9,554 bases of DNA from a virus (IMGVR_UViG_2778261381_000013:1-9554); one strand, 5' to 3'; positions 1 through 7,611 are shown, numbered from the stretch's first letter. Numbers and translations: made by a program. The notes: generated by a model from the sequence alone, not told the origin.

Positions 1-1089
1 ATGACCAACATTCCCGACGGTATGGACTGGGGCGTCATTGATGGCAACCTGATAAACATCGCAGTTGGTCCGAGTGATGATTCCGGTACGGGGCGCTCAA
101 TGCATGTATGGCGCAGCACTGTAAGTAAAGCCAACTACCGCTTTTTTATGGTGCGCATTTCAGGAAATCCGGGAAGCCGCACGATCACAACAAGACGAGT
201 ACCAATCATTGACGAAGCCCAGACATGGGGCGCGAAACAGACATTCAGTGCTGGCCTTTCTGGTGAACTGTCCGGCAATGCGGCGACAGCAACAAAGCTG
301 AAAACAGCCCGTAAAATTAATAACGTTTCGTTTGATGGAACATCAGATATTAACCTGACGCCGAAAAATATTGGTGCATTTGCTTCAGGAAAAACAGGAG
401 ACACTGTTGCGAATGATAAAGCCGTTGGATGGAACTGGAGTAGCGGAGCCTATAACGCAACTACTGGTGGGGCATCAACGTTAATTCTTCATTTTAATAT
501 CGGTGAAGGAAGTTGTCCCGCCGCCCAGTTTCGCGTTAATTATAAGAACGGTGGTATTTTTTATCGTTCTGCTCGTGACGGTTACGGATTCGAGGCTGAC
601 TGGTCTGAGTTTTATACCACAACGCGAAAACCTACAGCGGGAGATGTCGGTGCACTGCCGTTATCTGGTGGTCAATTGAATGGTGCTCTGGGTATAGGAA
701 CATCCAGTGCTCTTGGCGGTAATTCGATTGTTTTGGGTGATAATGACACGGGCTTTAAACAAAATGGTGATGGTAATCTGGATGTTTATGCTAATAGCGT
801 CCATGTTATGCGCTTTGTCTCCGGAAGCGTTCAAAGTAATAAAACCATAAATATTACGGGGCGTGTTAATCCCTCGGATTACGGTAACTTTGATTCCCGC
901 TATGTGAGAGATGTCAGACTTGGCACACGTGTTGTCCAGACCATGCAGAAAGGGGTGATGTATGAGAAAGCAGGGCACGTAATTACCGGTCTTGGTATTG
1001 TCGGTGAAGTCGATGGTGATGACCCCGCAGTATTCAGACCAATACAAAAATACATCAATGGCACATGGTATAACGTCGCACAGGTGTAA
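1..1089 (+). CDS. H: Tail fiber protein, C-terminal ~362 aa; the ORF is open to the window edge so the real start is upstream
   Basis: Long + strand ORF ending TAA 1087-1089, directly followed by the tail fiber assembly gene (ATG 1093). Gly/Ser/Asn/Thr-rich translation typical of phage fibers. Position immediately before G matches P2 gene order. Family call from memory of P2-like fibers, not a search. Confidence 0.8.
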   Translation: MTNIPDGMDWGVIDGNLINIAVGPSDDSGTGRSMHVWRSTVSKANYRFFMVRISGNPGSRTITTRRVPIIDEAQTWGAKQTFSAGLSGELSGNAATATKLKTARKINNVSFDGTSDINLTPKNIGAFASGKTGDTVANDKAVGWNWSSGAYNATTGGASTLILHFNIGEGSCPAAQFRVNYKNGGIFYRSARDGYGFEADWSEFYTTTRKPTAGDVGALPLSGGQLNGALGIGTSSALGGNSIVLGDNDTGFKQNGDGNLDVYANSVHVMRFVSGSVQSNKTINITGRVNPSDYGNFDSRYVRDVRLGTRVVQTMQKGVMYEKAGHVITGLGIVGEVDGDDPAVFRPIQKYINGTWYNVAQV

Positions 1090-1092
1090 TTT

Positions 1093-1620
1093 ATGCAGCA
1101 TTTAAAAAATATTACTGCGGGTAATCCAAAAACTGTTGCCCAATATCAACTGACAAAAAATTTTGATGTTATCTGGTTATGGTCCGAAGAGGGAAAAAAC
1201 TGGTATGAGGAAGTAAGTAATTTTCAGGAAGACACGATAAAGATTGTTTACGATGAGAATAATATAATTGTCGGCATCACCAGAGATGCTTCAACGCTCA
1301 ACCCTGAAGGTTTTAGCGTTGTCGAGGTTCCTGATATTACCGCCAACCGACGTGCTGATGACTCAGGTAAATGGATGTTTAAGGATGGTGCCGTGATTAA
1401 GCGGATTTATACGGCAGACGAACAGCAACAACAGGCAGAATCACAAAAGGCCGCGTTACTTTCCGAAGCGGAAAGCGTTATTCAGCCACTGGAGCGCGCT
1501 GTCAGGCTGAACATGGCAACAGATGAGGAGCGTAGCCGACTGGAAGCATGGGAACGCTACAGTGTTCTGGTCAGCCGTGTGGATCCTGCAAATCCTGAAT
1601 GGCCGGAAATGCCGCAATAA
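1093..1620 (+). CDS. G: Tail fiber assembly protein (chaperone), 175 aa
   Basis: ORF 4 nt after the H stop with AGGTG upstream as a Shine-Dalgarno site. Size and position after H match P2 gpG (175 aa, from memory). C-terminal acidic/Trp-rich tail ([11 protein letters not shown]) is typical of Tfa-type chaperones. Confidence 0.8.
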   Translation: MQHLKNITAGNPKTVAQYQLTKNFDVIWLWSEEGKNWYEEVSNFQEDTIKIVYDENNIIVGITRDASTLNPEGFSVVEVPDITANRRADDSGKWMFKDGAVIKRIYTADEQQQQAESQKAALLSEAESVIQPLERAVRLNMATDEERSRLEAWERYSVLVSRVDPANPEWPEMPQ

Positions 1621-1670
1621 GTTGTATGAGCTGACATATCTATAGCACAGAGTAAAGCCTAATCTGACAG

Positions 1671-1694
1671 TCCGCTCTGTGCAAGGAGCGGACA
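1671..1694. terminator. GC-rich hairpin between convergent genes (G on +, AT-rich gene on -); possible bidirectional terminator
   Basis: Seen in sequence: GTCCGCTC (1671-1678) and GAGCGGAC (1687-1694) form a perfect 8-bp stem with an 8-nt loop, in the 151-bp gap between two convergent stops. No clean U-tract on either strand, so intrinsic-terminator function is uncertain. Confidence 0.3.
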
Positions 1695-1771
1695 TTACCT
1701 AACACATTGGTAACCTTCACAGATTTACGCGTTCTACATAGTTAGCATTGTATCTGATGAGTTATCATGTT

Positions 1772-2551
1772 TTAAAATATCCAACTGATAAATCCACCTG
1801 AATACTTTTCACTAATTTTGATTGCATAAAGATCATGAAGAGTTATAAATAAATCATTATCTTCTTTGAAAATTAACTCCTCATATTCTGCCATTATCAA
1901 ATTATGCTGTGTTGTTAGTTTAGATATGTTATCTATTTCACTGGCAAGCATGGATTTGTTTACATTGGTGTGTGGATTCATGGCAATATATTTCCGCATC
2001 AATGGAATTAGTTGTTCAGGGTCTATATTTTTTGCATTTTCCTTTGCTTTTTTTTGTCTTTCTGAATAGATGGAGTTAATTGTGTTAGTGTGTTTTTTCG
2101 CCAGCCTCTTAAACTCTGGATATGAACCAGTAACTAATGCAAGCTCTTCGTACTTAAGGAATAAATCGATATTGCATTTTTTTACCGTCATTTCAAGATC
2201 TTCAACTCTTTTTTTTAACTCTTCATTTGTTTTAATAAGAGACATCGGGAGAACTTCATAATGTTGTCCTAATTCTGAATCAGGGCTCATTGCCATATGT
2301 ACTATTTCATTATACATGAGCTGATAAGAAGCAGATAACTCTCCATACTTTAGAAATAGTTCATTATGTGAAGATGAACAAGAACTTTGTAATTTCATCA
2401 TTGGCCTAAAGTAATCCTTTATAAACTCCTCCTGAAGATCTTGGTCTTTTTTGTAGCTCTCTAGGATTCCAGCAAAAAGAAATGACCCTAAAGATATAGA
2501 GATTATGGATATTAGCAATTGACTAAGGAATGATTGTGTTTCATTACTCAT
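1772..2551 (-). CDS. Hypothetical membrane-anchored protein, 259 aa, AT-rich cargo gene at the G/FI (Z/fun) hotspot; candidate superinfection-exclusion or anti-phage protein
   Basis: Minus-strand ORF, ATG at 2551 with AAGGA 7 nt upstream on the - strand. Composition differs sharply from flanking tail genes (18 G+C in the 60 nt 1861-1920, i.e. 30%). N-terminal hydrophobic segment LLISIISISLGSFLFAGIL followed by KK, then a mostly charged, helix-prone body with an internal repeat LFLKYGEL / LFLKYEEL. No Walker, nuclease or other catalytic motif recognised. Same position and opposite orientation as the P2 Z/fun locus (established knowledge of P2 organisation). Confidence 0.7.
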   Translation of the reverse strand: MSNETQSFLSQLLISIISISLGSFLFAGILESYKKDQDLQEEFIKDYFRPMMKLQSSCSSSHNELFLKYGELSASYQLMYNEIVHMAMSPDSELGQHYEVLPMSLIKTNEELKKRVEDLEMTVKKCNIDLFLKYEELALVTGSYPEFKRLAKKHTNTINSIYSERQKKAKENAKNIDPEQLIPLMRKYIAMNPHTNVNKSMLASEIDNISKLTTQHNLIMAEYEELIFKEDNDLFITLHDLYAIKISEKYSGGFISWIF

Positions 2552-2810
2552 AAAACATCCTTAAAAAATAACACGAAAAGTGACTCCTGACAGGAAAGAA
2601 ACGACAGGTCGGAAACAAACTTAACTGATGAGTTAGCCGTAGTCCAGAACCTTGTTTGAACACTTAGTGTGACTGTTTGCATCTCAGGAATTTGTGCCAA
2701 TAATATTTGAATCCTTATAATTTATTTAAATCAAATTTAGTTACTCGCTCAAAGCAGGCTGTCAGATTTGATAGCGTTTGGGCTATGTAAACTGTCAGTC
2801 GGAAAATGAG

Positions 2811-2828
2811 TGTGTACAAATCAGGACA
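2811..2828 (+). promoter_or_regulatory. Candidate Ogr-dependent late promoter element (TGT-N12-ACA) for the FI operon
   Basis: Seen in sequence: TGT (2811-2813), 12 nt, ACA (2826-2828); the only TGT-N12-ACA in the 400-bp region upstream of FI. P2 late promoters carry this dyad centred near -55 (established knowledge), which would put the transcript start near 2875, about 75 nt before the FI ATG at 2952. No strong -10 hexamer found, as expected for an activator-dependent promoter. Confidence 0.4.
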
Positions 2829-2951
2829 GGCGAGCTGATTGCCCGCCTTTTCTTTATCTGTTGTTTCATCCACTGACCAGCCAGGTCAAATAGCGTCTCA
2901 TGCTCTGCACAACAGAAAATAGTTGCACCCATTAACCACGGAGTTAAACGG

Positions 2952-4142
2952 ATGAGTGACTATCATCATGGCGTGCAGGTGCTGGAGATTAACGACGGCA
3001 CCCGCGTCATTTCCACCGTATCCACTGCCATTGTCGGCATGGTCTGCACGGCCAGCGATGCGGATGCGGAAACCTTCCCCCTCAATAAACCGGTGCTGAT
3101 TACCAATGTGCAGAGCGCAATTGCAAAGGCCGGTAAAAAAGGCACGCTGGCGGCATCGTTACAGGCCATCGCTGACCAGTCAAAACCGGTCACCGTTGTC
3201 GTGCGTGTGGAAGACGGCACCGGCGAAGACGAGGAAACGAAACTTGCGCAGACCGTTTCCAATATCATCGGCACCACCGACGAAAACGGTCAGTACACCG
3301 GACTGAAAGCCCTGCTGGCGGCGGAGTCGGTAACCGGTGTTAAACCGCGCATTCTCGGTGTGCCGGGACTAGACACCAAAGAGGTTGCCGTCGCACTGGC
3401 ATCAGTCTGTCAGAAGCTGCGCGCTTTCGGGTATATCAGCGCATGGGGCTGTAAGACCATTTCCGAGGTGAAAGCCTACCGCCAGAATTTCAGCCAGCGT
3501 GAGCTGATGGTCATCTGGCCGGATTTCCTCGCATGGGATACGGTCGCCAGTACCACCGCCACCGCGTATGCCACCGCCCGTGCGCTGGGGCTGCGCGCTA
3601 AAATCGACCAGGAGCAGGGCTGGCATAAAACGCTGTCCAACGTCGGGGTGAACGGTGTTACCGGCATCAGCGCGTCCGTATTCTGGGATTTGCAGGAGTC
3701 CGGCACCGATGCTGACCTGCTTAACGAGTCAGGCGTCACAACGCTGATTCGGCGTGACGGTTTCCGCTTCTGGGGTAACCGTACCTGCTCTGATGACCCG
3801 CTGTTCCTCTTTGAAAACTACACCCGCACCGCGCAGGTGCTGGCCGACACGATGGCTGAGGCGCATATGTGGGCGGTGGACAAGCCCATCACCGCAACGC
3901 TGATTAGCGACATCGTTGACGGCATCAATGCCAAATTCCGAGAGCTGAAAACAAACGGCTATATCGTGGATGCGACCTGCTGGTTCAGCGAAGAATCCAA
4001 CGATGCGGAAACCCTCAAGGCCGGAAAACTGTATATCGACTACGACTATACACCGGTGCCTCCTCTTGAAAACCTGACCCTGCGCCAGCGTATTACCGAT
4101 AAATACCTGGCAAATCTGGTCACTTCGGTTAACAGCAATTAA
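2952..4142 (+). CDS. FI: Contractile tail sheath protein, 396 aa
   Basis: ORF with GGAG 9 nt upstream of the ATG; 396 aa, first gene after the variable region and directly before the tube gene, as in P2. N-terminus MSDYHHGVQVLEINDGTRVI matches my recollection of P2-family sheath proteins. Confidence 0.93.
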   Translation: MSDYHHGVQVLEINDGTRVISTVSTAIVGMVCTASDADAETFPLNKPVLITNVQSAIAKAGKKGTLAASLQAIADQSKPVTVVVRVEDGTGEDEETKLAQTVSNIIGTTDENGQYTGLKALLAAESVTGVKPRILGVPGLDTKEVAVALASVCQKLRAFGYISAWGCKTISEVKAYRQNFSQRELMVIWPDFLAWDTVASTTATAYATARALGLRAKIDQEQGWHKTLSNVGVNGVTGISASVFWDLQESGTDADLLNESGVTTLIRRDGFRFWGNRTCSDDPLFLFENYTRTAQVLADTMAEAHMWAVDKPITATLISDIVDGINAKFRELKTNGYIVDATCWFSEESNDAETLKAGKLYIDYDYTPVPPLENLTLRQRITDKYLANLVTSVNSN

Positions 4143-4154
4143 GGAGCCTGACCG

Positions 4155-4673
4155 ATGGCAATGCCGCGCAAACTCAAGTTAATGAACGTCTTTCTGAACG
4201 GCTACAGCTATCAGGGCGTTGCAAAGTCCGTCACGCTGCCAAAACTGACCCGTAAGCTCGAAAACTATCGCGGTGCGGGGATGAACGGCAGCGCACCGGT
4301 AGACCTCGGCCTTGATGACGATGCACTGTCAATGGAGTGGTCACTCGGGGGCTTCCCGGATTCGGTTATCTGGGAGCTTTACGCCGCAACCGGCGTGGAT
4401 GCCGTGCCGATTCGTTTTGCTGGTTCTTACCAGCGCGACGATACCGGCGAAACGGTGGCCGTCGAAGTGGTCATGCGTGGACGTCAGAAAGAAATCGACA
4501 CCGGCGAGGGTAAACAGGGAGAAGACACCGAGTCGAAAATCTCCGTGGTCTGCACCTATTTCCGGCTGACGATGGACGGTAAGGAGCTGGTCGAAATTGA
4601 CACCATCAACATGATTGAGAAGGTGAACGGCGTCGACCGGCTGGAGCAACACCGCCGCAATATCGGCCTGTGA
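4155..4673 (+). CDS. FII: Tail tube protein, 172 aa
   Basis: ORF 12 nt after the FI stop with a strong AAGGAG site (4142-4147). Size and position match P2 gpFII. Confidence 0.93.
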   Translation: MAMPRKLKLMNVFLNGYSYQGVAKSVTLPKLTRKLENYRGAGMNGSAPVDLGLDDDALSMEWSLGGFPDSVIWELYAATGVDAVPIRFAGSYQRDDTGETVAVEVVMRGRQKEIDTGEGKQGEDTESKISVVCTYFRLTMDGKELVEIDTINMIEKVNGVDRLEQHRRNIGL

Positions 4674-4680
4674 TTTTCAT

Positions 4681-4701
4681 CCGGTCAGCCTGGCTGACCG
4701 G
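4681..4701 (+). promoter_or_regulatory. GC-rich hairpin in the FII-E intergenic region; possible attenuator or mRNA-stability element
   Basis: Seen in sequence: CCGGTCAGC (4681-4689), CTG, GCTGACCGG (4693-4701), a 9-bp perfect stem with a 3-nt loop (or 8 bp with 5-nt loop), 8 nt after the FII stop. No U-tract follows, so not a canonical intrinsic terminator. Sits between high-copy (sheath, tube) and low-copy (E, T) genes. Confidence 0.35.
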
Positions 4702-4729
4702 TTAACCCCGATTCATAAGTGAGAAAACC

Positions 4730-5005
4730 ATGAACAAAGAAAATGTGATTACCCTGGACAATCCGGTCAAACGTGGTGAGCAGGTCATCGAACAGGTCAC
4801 GCTGATGAAACCCAATGCCGGGACGCTGCGCGGTGTCAGTCTGGCTGCGGTCGCAAACTCCGAAGTCGATGCACTGATTAAGGTGCTGCCGCGCATGACG
4901 GCACCGATGCTGACCGAGCAGGAGGTCGCCGCGCTGGAACTGCCTGACCTTGTGGCGCTGGCCGGTAAGGTGGTCGGTTTTTTGTCTCCGAACTCGGTGC
5001 AGTGA
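4730..5005 (+). CDS. E: Tail assembly chaperone gpE, 91 aa (zero-frame product)
   Basis: ORF ending TGA 5003-5005; 91 aa, located between the tube and tape-measure genes. Sequence MNKENVITLDNPVKRGEQVIEQV... matches my recollection of P2 gpE. Confidence 0.88.
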   Translation: MNKENVITLDNPVKRGEQVIEQVTLMKPNAGTLRGVSLAAVANSEVDALIKVLPRMTAPMLTEQEVAALELPDLVALAGKVVGFLSPNSVQ

Positions 5006-5157
5006 CGTTTCCGAAAAATCTGTCGGTCGATGACCTGATGGCAGATGTGGCAGTGATATTTCACTGGCCGCCATCAGAACTGTATCCCATGAGCCTGACC
5101 GAACTCATCACATGGCGCGAAAAGGCGCTCCGGCGAAGCGGAAACACGAATGAGTAA
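4730..5157 (+). CDS. E': Tail assembly chaperone E+E', 142 aa, made by -1 programmed ribosomal frameshift at 4978-4984
   Basis: Hand translation: slippery TTTTTTG at 4978-4984 inside E; shifting to -1 and resuming at GTC 4984 gives an open frame of 57 codons (VSELGAVTFPKNLSVDDLMADVAVIFHWPPSELYPMSLTELITWREKALRRSGNTNE) ending TAA 5155-5157, which overlaps the ATG of T (5150). 85 + 57 = 142 aa, matching P2 E+E' (established knowledge). The -1 frame has no start codon of its own. Confidence 0.8.
4978..4984 (+). other. Slippery heptamer TTTTTTG for the E/E' -1 frameshift
   Basis: Seen in sequence: T run 4978-4983 followed by G 4984, read as G GTT TTT TGT in the E frame region (codons TTT 4979-4981, TTG 4982-4984). 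Confidence 0.75.
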
Positions 5158-7597
5158 CAATGTAAAATTACAGGTATTGCTCAGGGCTGTTGACCAGGCA
5201 TCCCGCCCGTTTAAATCCATCCGCACAGCGAGCAAATCGCTGTCGGGGGATATCCGGGAAACACAAAAATCACTGCGCGAGCTGAACGGTCACGCATCCC
5301 GTATTGAGGGATTTCGCAAGACCAGTGCACAGCTCGCCGTGACTGGTCATGCACTTGAAAAGGCACGGCAGGAAGCCGCAGCTCTGGCTGTCCAGTTTAA
5401 AAATACTGAACGACCGACAAATGCACAGGCAAAGGCAATGGAAGCCGCGCGTAAAAATGCGTCTGAGTTACAAGCGAAATATAACAGCCTGAGATTGTCG
5501 GTACAGCGCCAGCGTCAGGAATTGAGTCAGGCGGGTATTAATACCCGCAATCTTGCACATGATGAGCAGGGACTGAAAAACCGTATCAGTGAAACCACCG
5601 CACAGCTTAACCGTCAGCGTGACGCGCTGGCGCGTGTCAGTGCGCAACAGGCAAAACTTAACGCAGTAAAACAGCGTTATCAGGCCGGAAAGGAACTGGC
5701 CGGAAATATGGCCTCAGTGGGCGCTGCCGGTGTGGGGATTGCGGCGGCGGGAACGATGGCCGGAGTTAAGTTGCTGATGCCCGGTTATGAGTTTGCGCAG
5801 AAAAACTCAGAATTGCAGGCCGTGCTAGGTGTGGCAAAAGACTCCGCCGAAATGGCTGCACTACGCAAGCAGGCGCGCCAGCTCGGTGACAACACCGCCG
5901 CCTCAGCGGATGATGCGGCCGGTGCACAGATTATCATTGCGAAAGCGGGTGGAGATGCTGCGGCTATTCAGGCGGCAACGCCGGTCACGCTGAATATGGC
6001 TCTGGCGAATCAGCGGTCGATGGAAGAAAACGCACAACTGTTGCTGGGGACTAAGGCATCCTTTCAACTGTCAAATGATGATGTCAGCCATGTGGGCGAC
6101 GTGTTGTCGGCAACGATGAATAAGTCGGCAGCTGATTTTCAGGGACTCAGTGATGCACTGACTTACCTCGGGCCGGTTGCGAGGACGGCAGGTGTAAGTC
6201 TTGAGCAGGCAGCGGCCATGACAGGTGTGCTGCATGACAATAACATCAGGGGGTCAATGGCGGGGACGGGTAGCAGTGCCGTTGTCACCCGATTACAGGC
6301 TCCGACAGGGAAAGCATGGGAAGCACTCAAAGAGCTTGGCGTTAAAACCTCGGACAAAAAGGGAAATATGCGTCCGTTGTTCACCATTCTGAAAGAGATT
6401 CAGGCCAGCTTTGATAAACACAAGCTGGGAACGTCTCAGAAGGGGGAATACCTTAAAACCATTTTTGGTGAGGAAGCCCTGAAATCAGCGAACGTTTTAC
6501 TGGCAGCGGCAGCAAGCGGAAAACTGGACACGCTGACCGCCACGCTGAAAGCCTCGGACGGTAAAACGGAAGAGCTGGTTAAAATCATGCAGGATAACCT
6601 CGGCGGCGACTTTAAGGAGTTTCAGTCCGCTTATGAGGCGGTGGGGACTGACCTGTTTGACCAGCAGGAAGGCGCACTGCGTAAGCTCACGCAGACGGCC
6701 ACAAAGTATGTGTTAAAACTCGACGGCTGGATCCAGAAAAACAAATCACTGGCGTCAACCATCGGCCTCATTGTCGGTGGCGCACTGGCGCTGACTGGCA
6801 TCATCGGTGCCATTGGTCTTGTCGCCTGGCCGATTATCACCGGCATCAATGCCATCATCGCGGCAGCAGGCGCAATGGGGGCAATCTTCACGACGGTTGG
6901 CAGTGCCGTTATGACGGCCATCGGGGCGATTAGCTGGCCGGTTATGGCCGTGGTGGCCGCCATTGTCGCCGGGGCGTTGCTTATCCGTAAATACTGGGAG
7001 CCTGTCAGCGCATTCTTTGGTGGTGTGGTTGAAGGGCTGAAAGCGGCATTTGCGCCGGTGGGGGAACTGTTCACGCCACTTAAACCGGTTTTTGACTGGC
7101 TGGGTGAAAAGTTACAGGCCGCGTGGCAGTGGTTTAAAAAACTGATTGCCCCGGTCAAAGCCACCCAGGACACCCTGAACCGTTGCCGTGACACGGGCGT
7201 CATGTTCGGGCAGGCACTGGCTGACGCGCTGATGCTGCCGCTTAATGCGTTCAACAAACTGCGCAGCGGTATTGACTGGGTACTGGAAAAACTCGGTGTT
7301 ATCAACAAAGAGTCAGATACACTTGACCAGACCGCCGCCAGAACTCAAGCCGCCACGTATGGCAGCGGTGGTTATATTCCGGCGACCAGCTCTTATGCAG
7401 GCTATCAGGCTTATCAGCCGGTCACGGCACCGGCTGGCCGCTCTTATGTGGACCAGAGTAAAAACGAATATCACATCAGTCTGACGGGCGGTACTGCGCC
7501 GGGGACTCAGCTCGACCGCCAGTTACAGGATGCGCTCGAAAAATACGAGCGGGATAAACGTGCGCGCGCCCGTGCCAGCATGATGCATGACGGTTAA
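5150..7597 (+). CDS. T: Tail tape measure protein, 815 aa
   Basis: Longest ORF in the window. Ala/Gln-rich helical N-terminal half, long hydrophobic Gly/Ala/Ile-rich segment around residues 530-615, position after the E/E' frameshift pair. Size matches P2 gpT. ATG overlaps the E' stop. Confidence 0.93.
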   Translation: MSNNVKLQVLLRAVDQASRPFKSIRTASKSLSGDIRETQKSLRELNGHASRIEGFRKTSAQLAVTGHALEKARQEAAALAVQFKNTERPTNAQAKAMEAARKNASELQAKYNSLRLSVQRQRQELSQAGINTRNLAHDEQGLKNRISETTAQLNRQRDALARVSAQQAKLNAVKQRYQAGKELAGNMASVGAAGVGIAAAGTMAGVKLLMPGYEFAQKNSELQAVLGVAKDSAEMAALRKQARQLGDNTAASADDAAGAQIIIAKAGGDAAAIQAATPVTLNMALANQRSMEENAQLLLGTKASFQLSNDDVSHVGDVLSATMNKSAADFQGLSDALTYLGPVARTAGVSLEQAAAMTGVLHDNNIRGSMAGTGSSAVVTRLQAPTGKAWEALKELGVKTSDKKGNMRPLFTILKEIQASFDKHKLGTSQKGEYLKTIFGEEALKSANVLLAAAASGKLDTLTATLKASDGKTEELVKIMQDNLGGDFKEFQSAYEAVGTDLFDQQEGALRKLTQTATKYVLKLDGWIQKNKSLASTIGLIVGGALALTGIIGAIGLVAWPIITGINAIIAAAGAMGAIFTTVGSAVMTAIGAISWPVMAVVAAIVAGALLIRKYWEPVSAFFGGVVEGLKAAFAPVGELFTPLKPVFDWLGEKLQAAWQWFKKLIAPVKATQDTLNRCRDTGVMFGQALADALMLPLNAFNKLRSGIDWVLEKLGVINKESDTLDQTAARTQAATYGSGGYIPATSSYAGYQAYQPVTAPAGRSYVDQSKNEYHISLTGGTAPGTQLDRQLQDALEKYERDKRARARASMMHDG

Positions 7598-7611
7598 GGA
7601 GGTGACGAAAA

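Noticed and set aside
135-404. 89-aa minus-strand ORF inside the tail fiber gene
   Set aside because: Lies entirely antisense within a well-supported CDS, with no ribosome-binding site or independent support; typical shadow ORF.
661-1101. 146-aa minus-strand ORF overlapping the H 3' end
   Set aside because: Antisense shadow of H; its translation is low-complexity and there is no room for a convergent gene in a coupled H-G junction.
1456-1695. 79-aa minus-strand ORF overlapping the end of G and the intergenic hairpin
   Set aside because: Mostly antisense to G; it starts in the intergenic hairpin with no credible ribosome-binding site.
1866-2261. Two plus-strand ORFs (67 and 63 aa) inside the AT-rich cargo gene
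   Set aside because: Antisense to the 259-aa ORF, which has the ribosome-binding site and a coherent protein; the translations are Phe/Ser/Ile-rich artefacts of AT-rich DNA.
2874-2888. Palindrome TGACCAGCCAGGTCA upstream of FI as a possible operator
   Set aside because: Only 5-bp arms, which occur often by chance; kept as a note under the late-promoter finding, not called as a feature.
2966-3739. Several minus- and plus-strand ORFs (66-103 aa) within FI
   Set aside because: All lie inside the sheath gene in alternative frames; GC-rich coding DNA commonly produces such open antisense frames.
4312-4652. 85-aa plus-strand and 103-aa minus-strand ORFs within FII
   Set aside because: Internal or antisense to the tube gene, with no independent signals.
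4685-5074. 129-aa and 120-aa minus-strand ORFs covering the E region
   Set aside because: Antisense to E and E', whose frames are supported by the frameshift architecture.
6163-7308. Minus-strand ORFs of 74 and 225 aa inside the tape measure gene
   Set aside because: The 225-aa ORF is the antisense reading of the Gly/Ala-rich hydrophobic segment of T; no start-site support.
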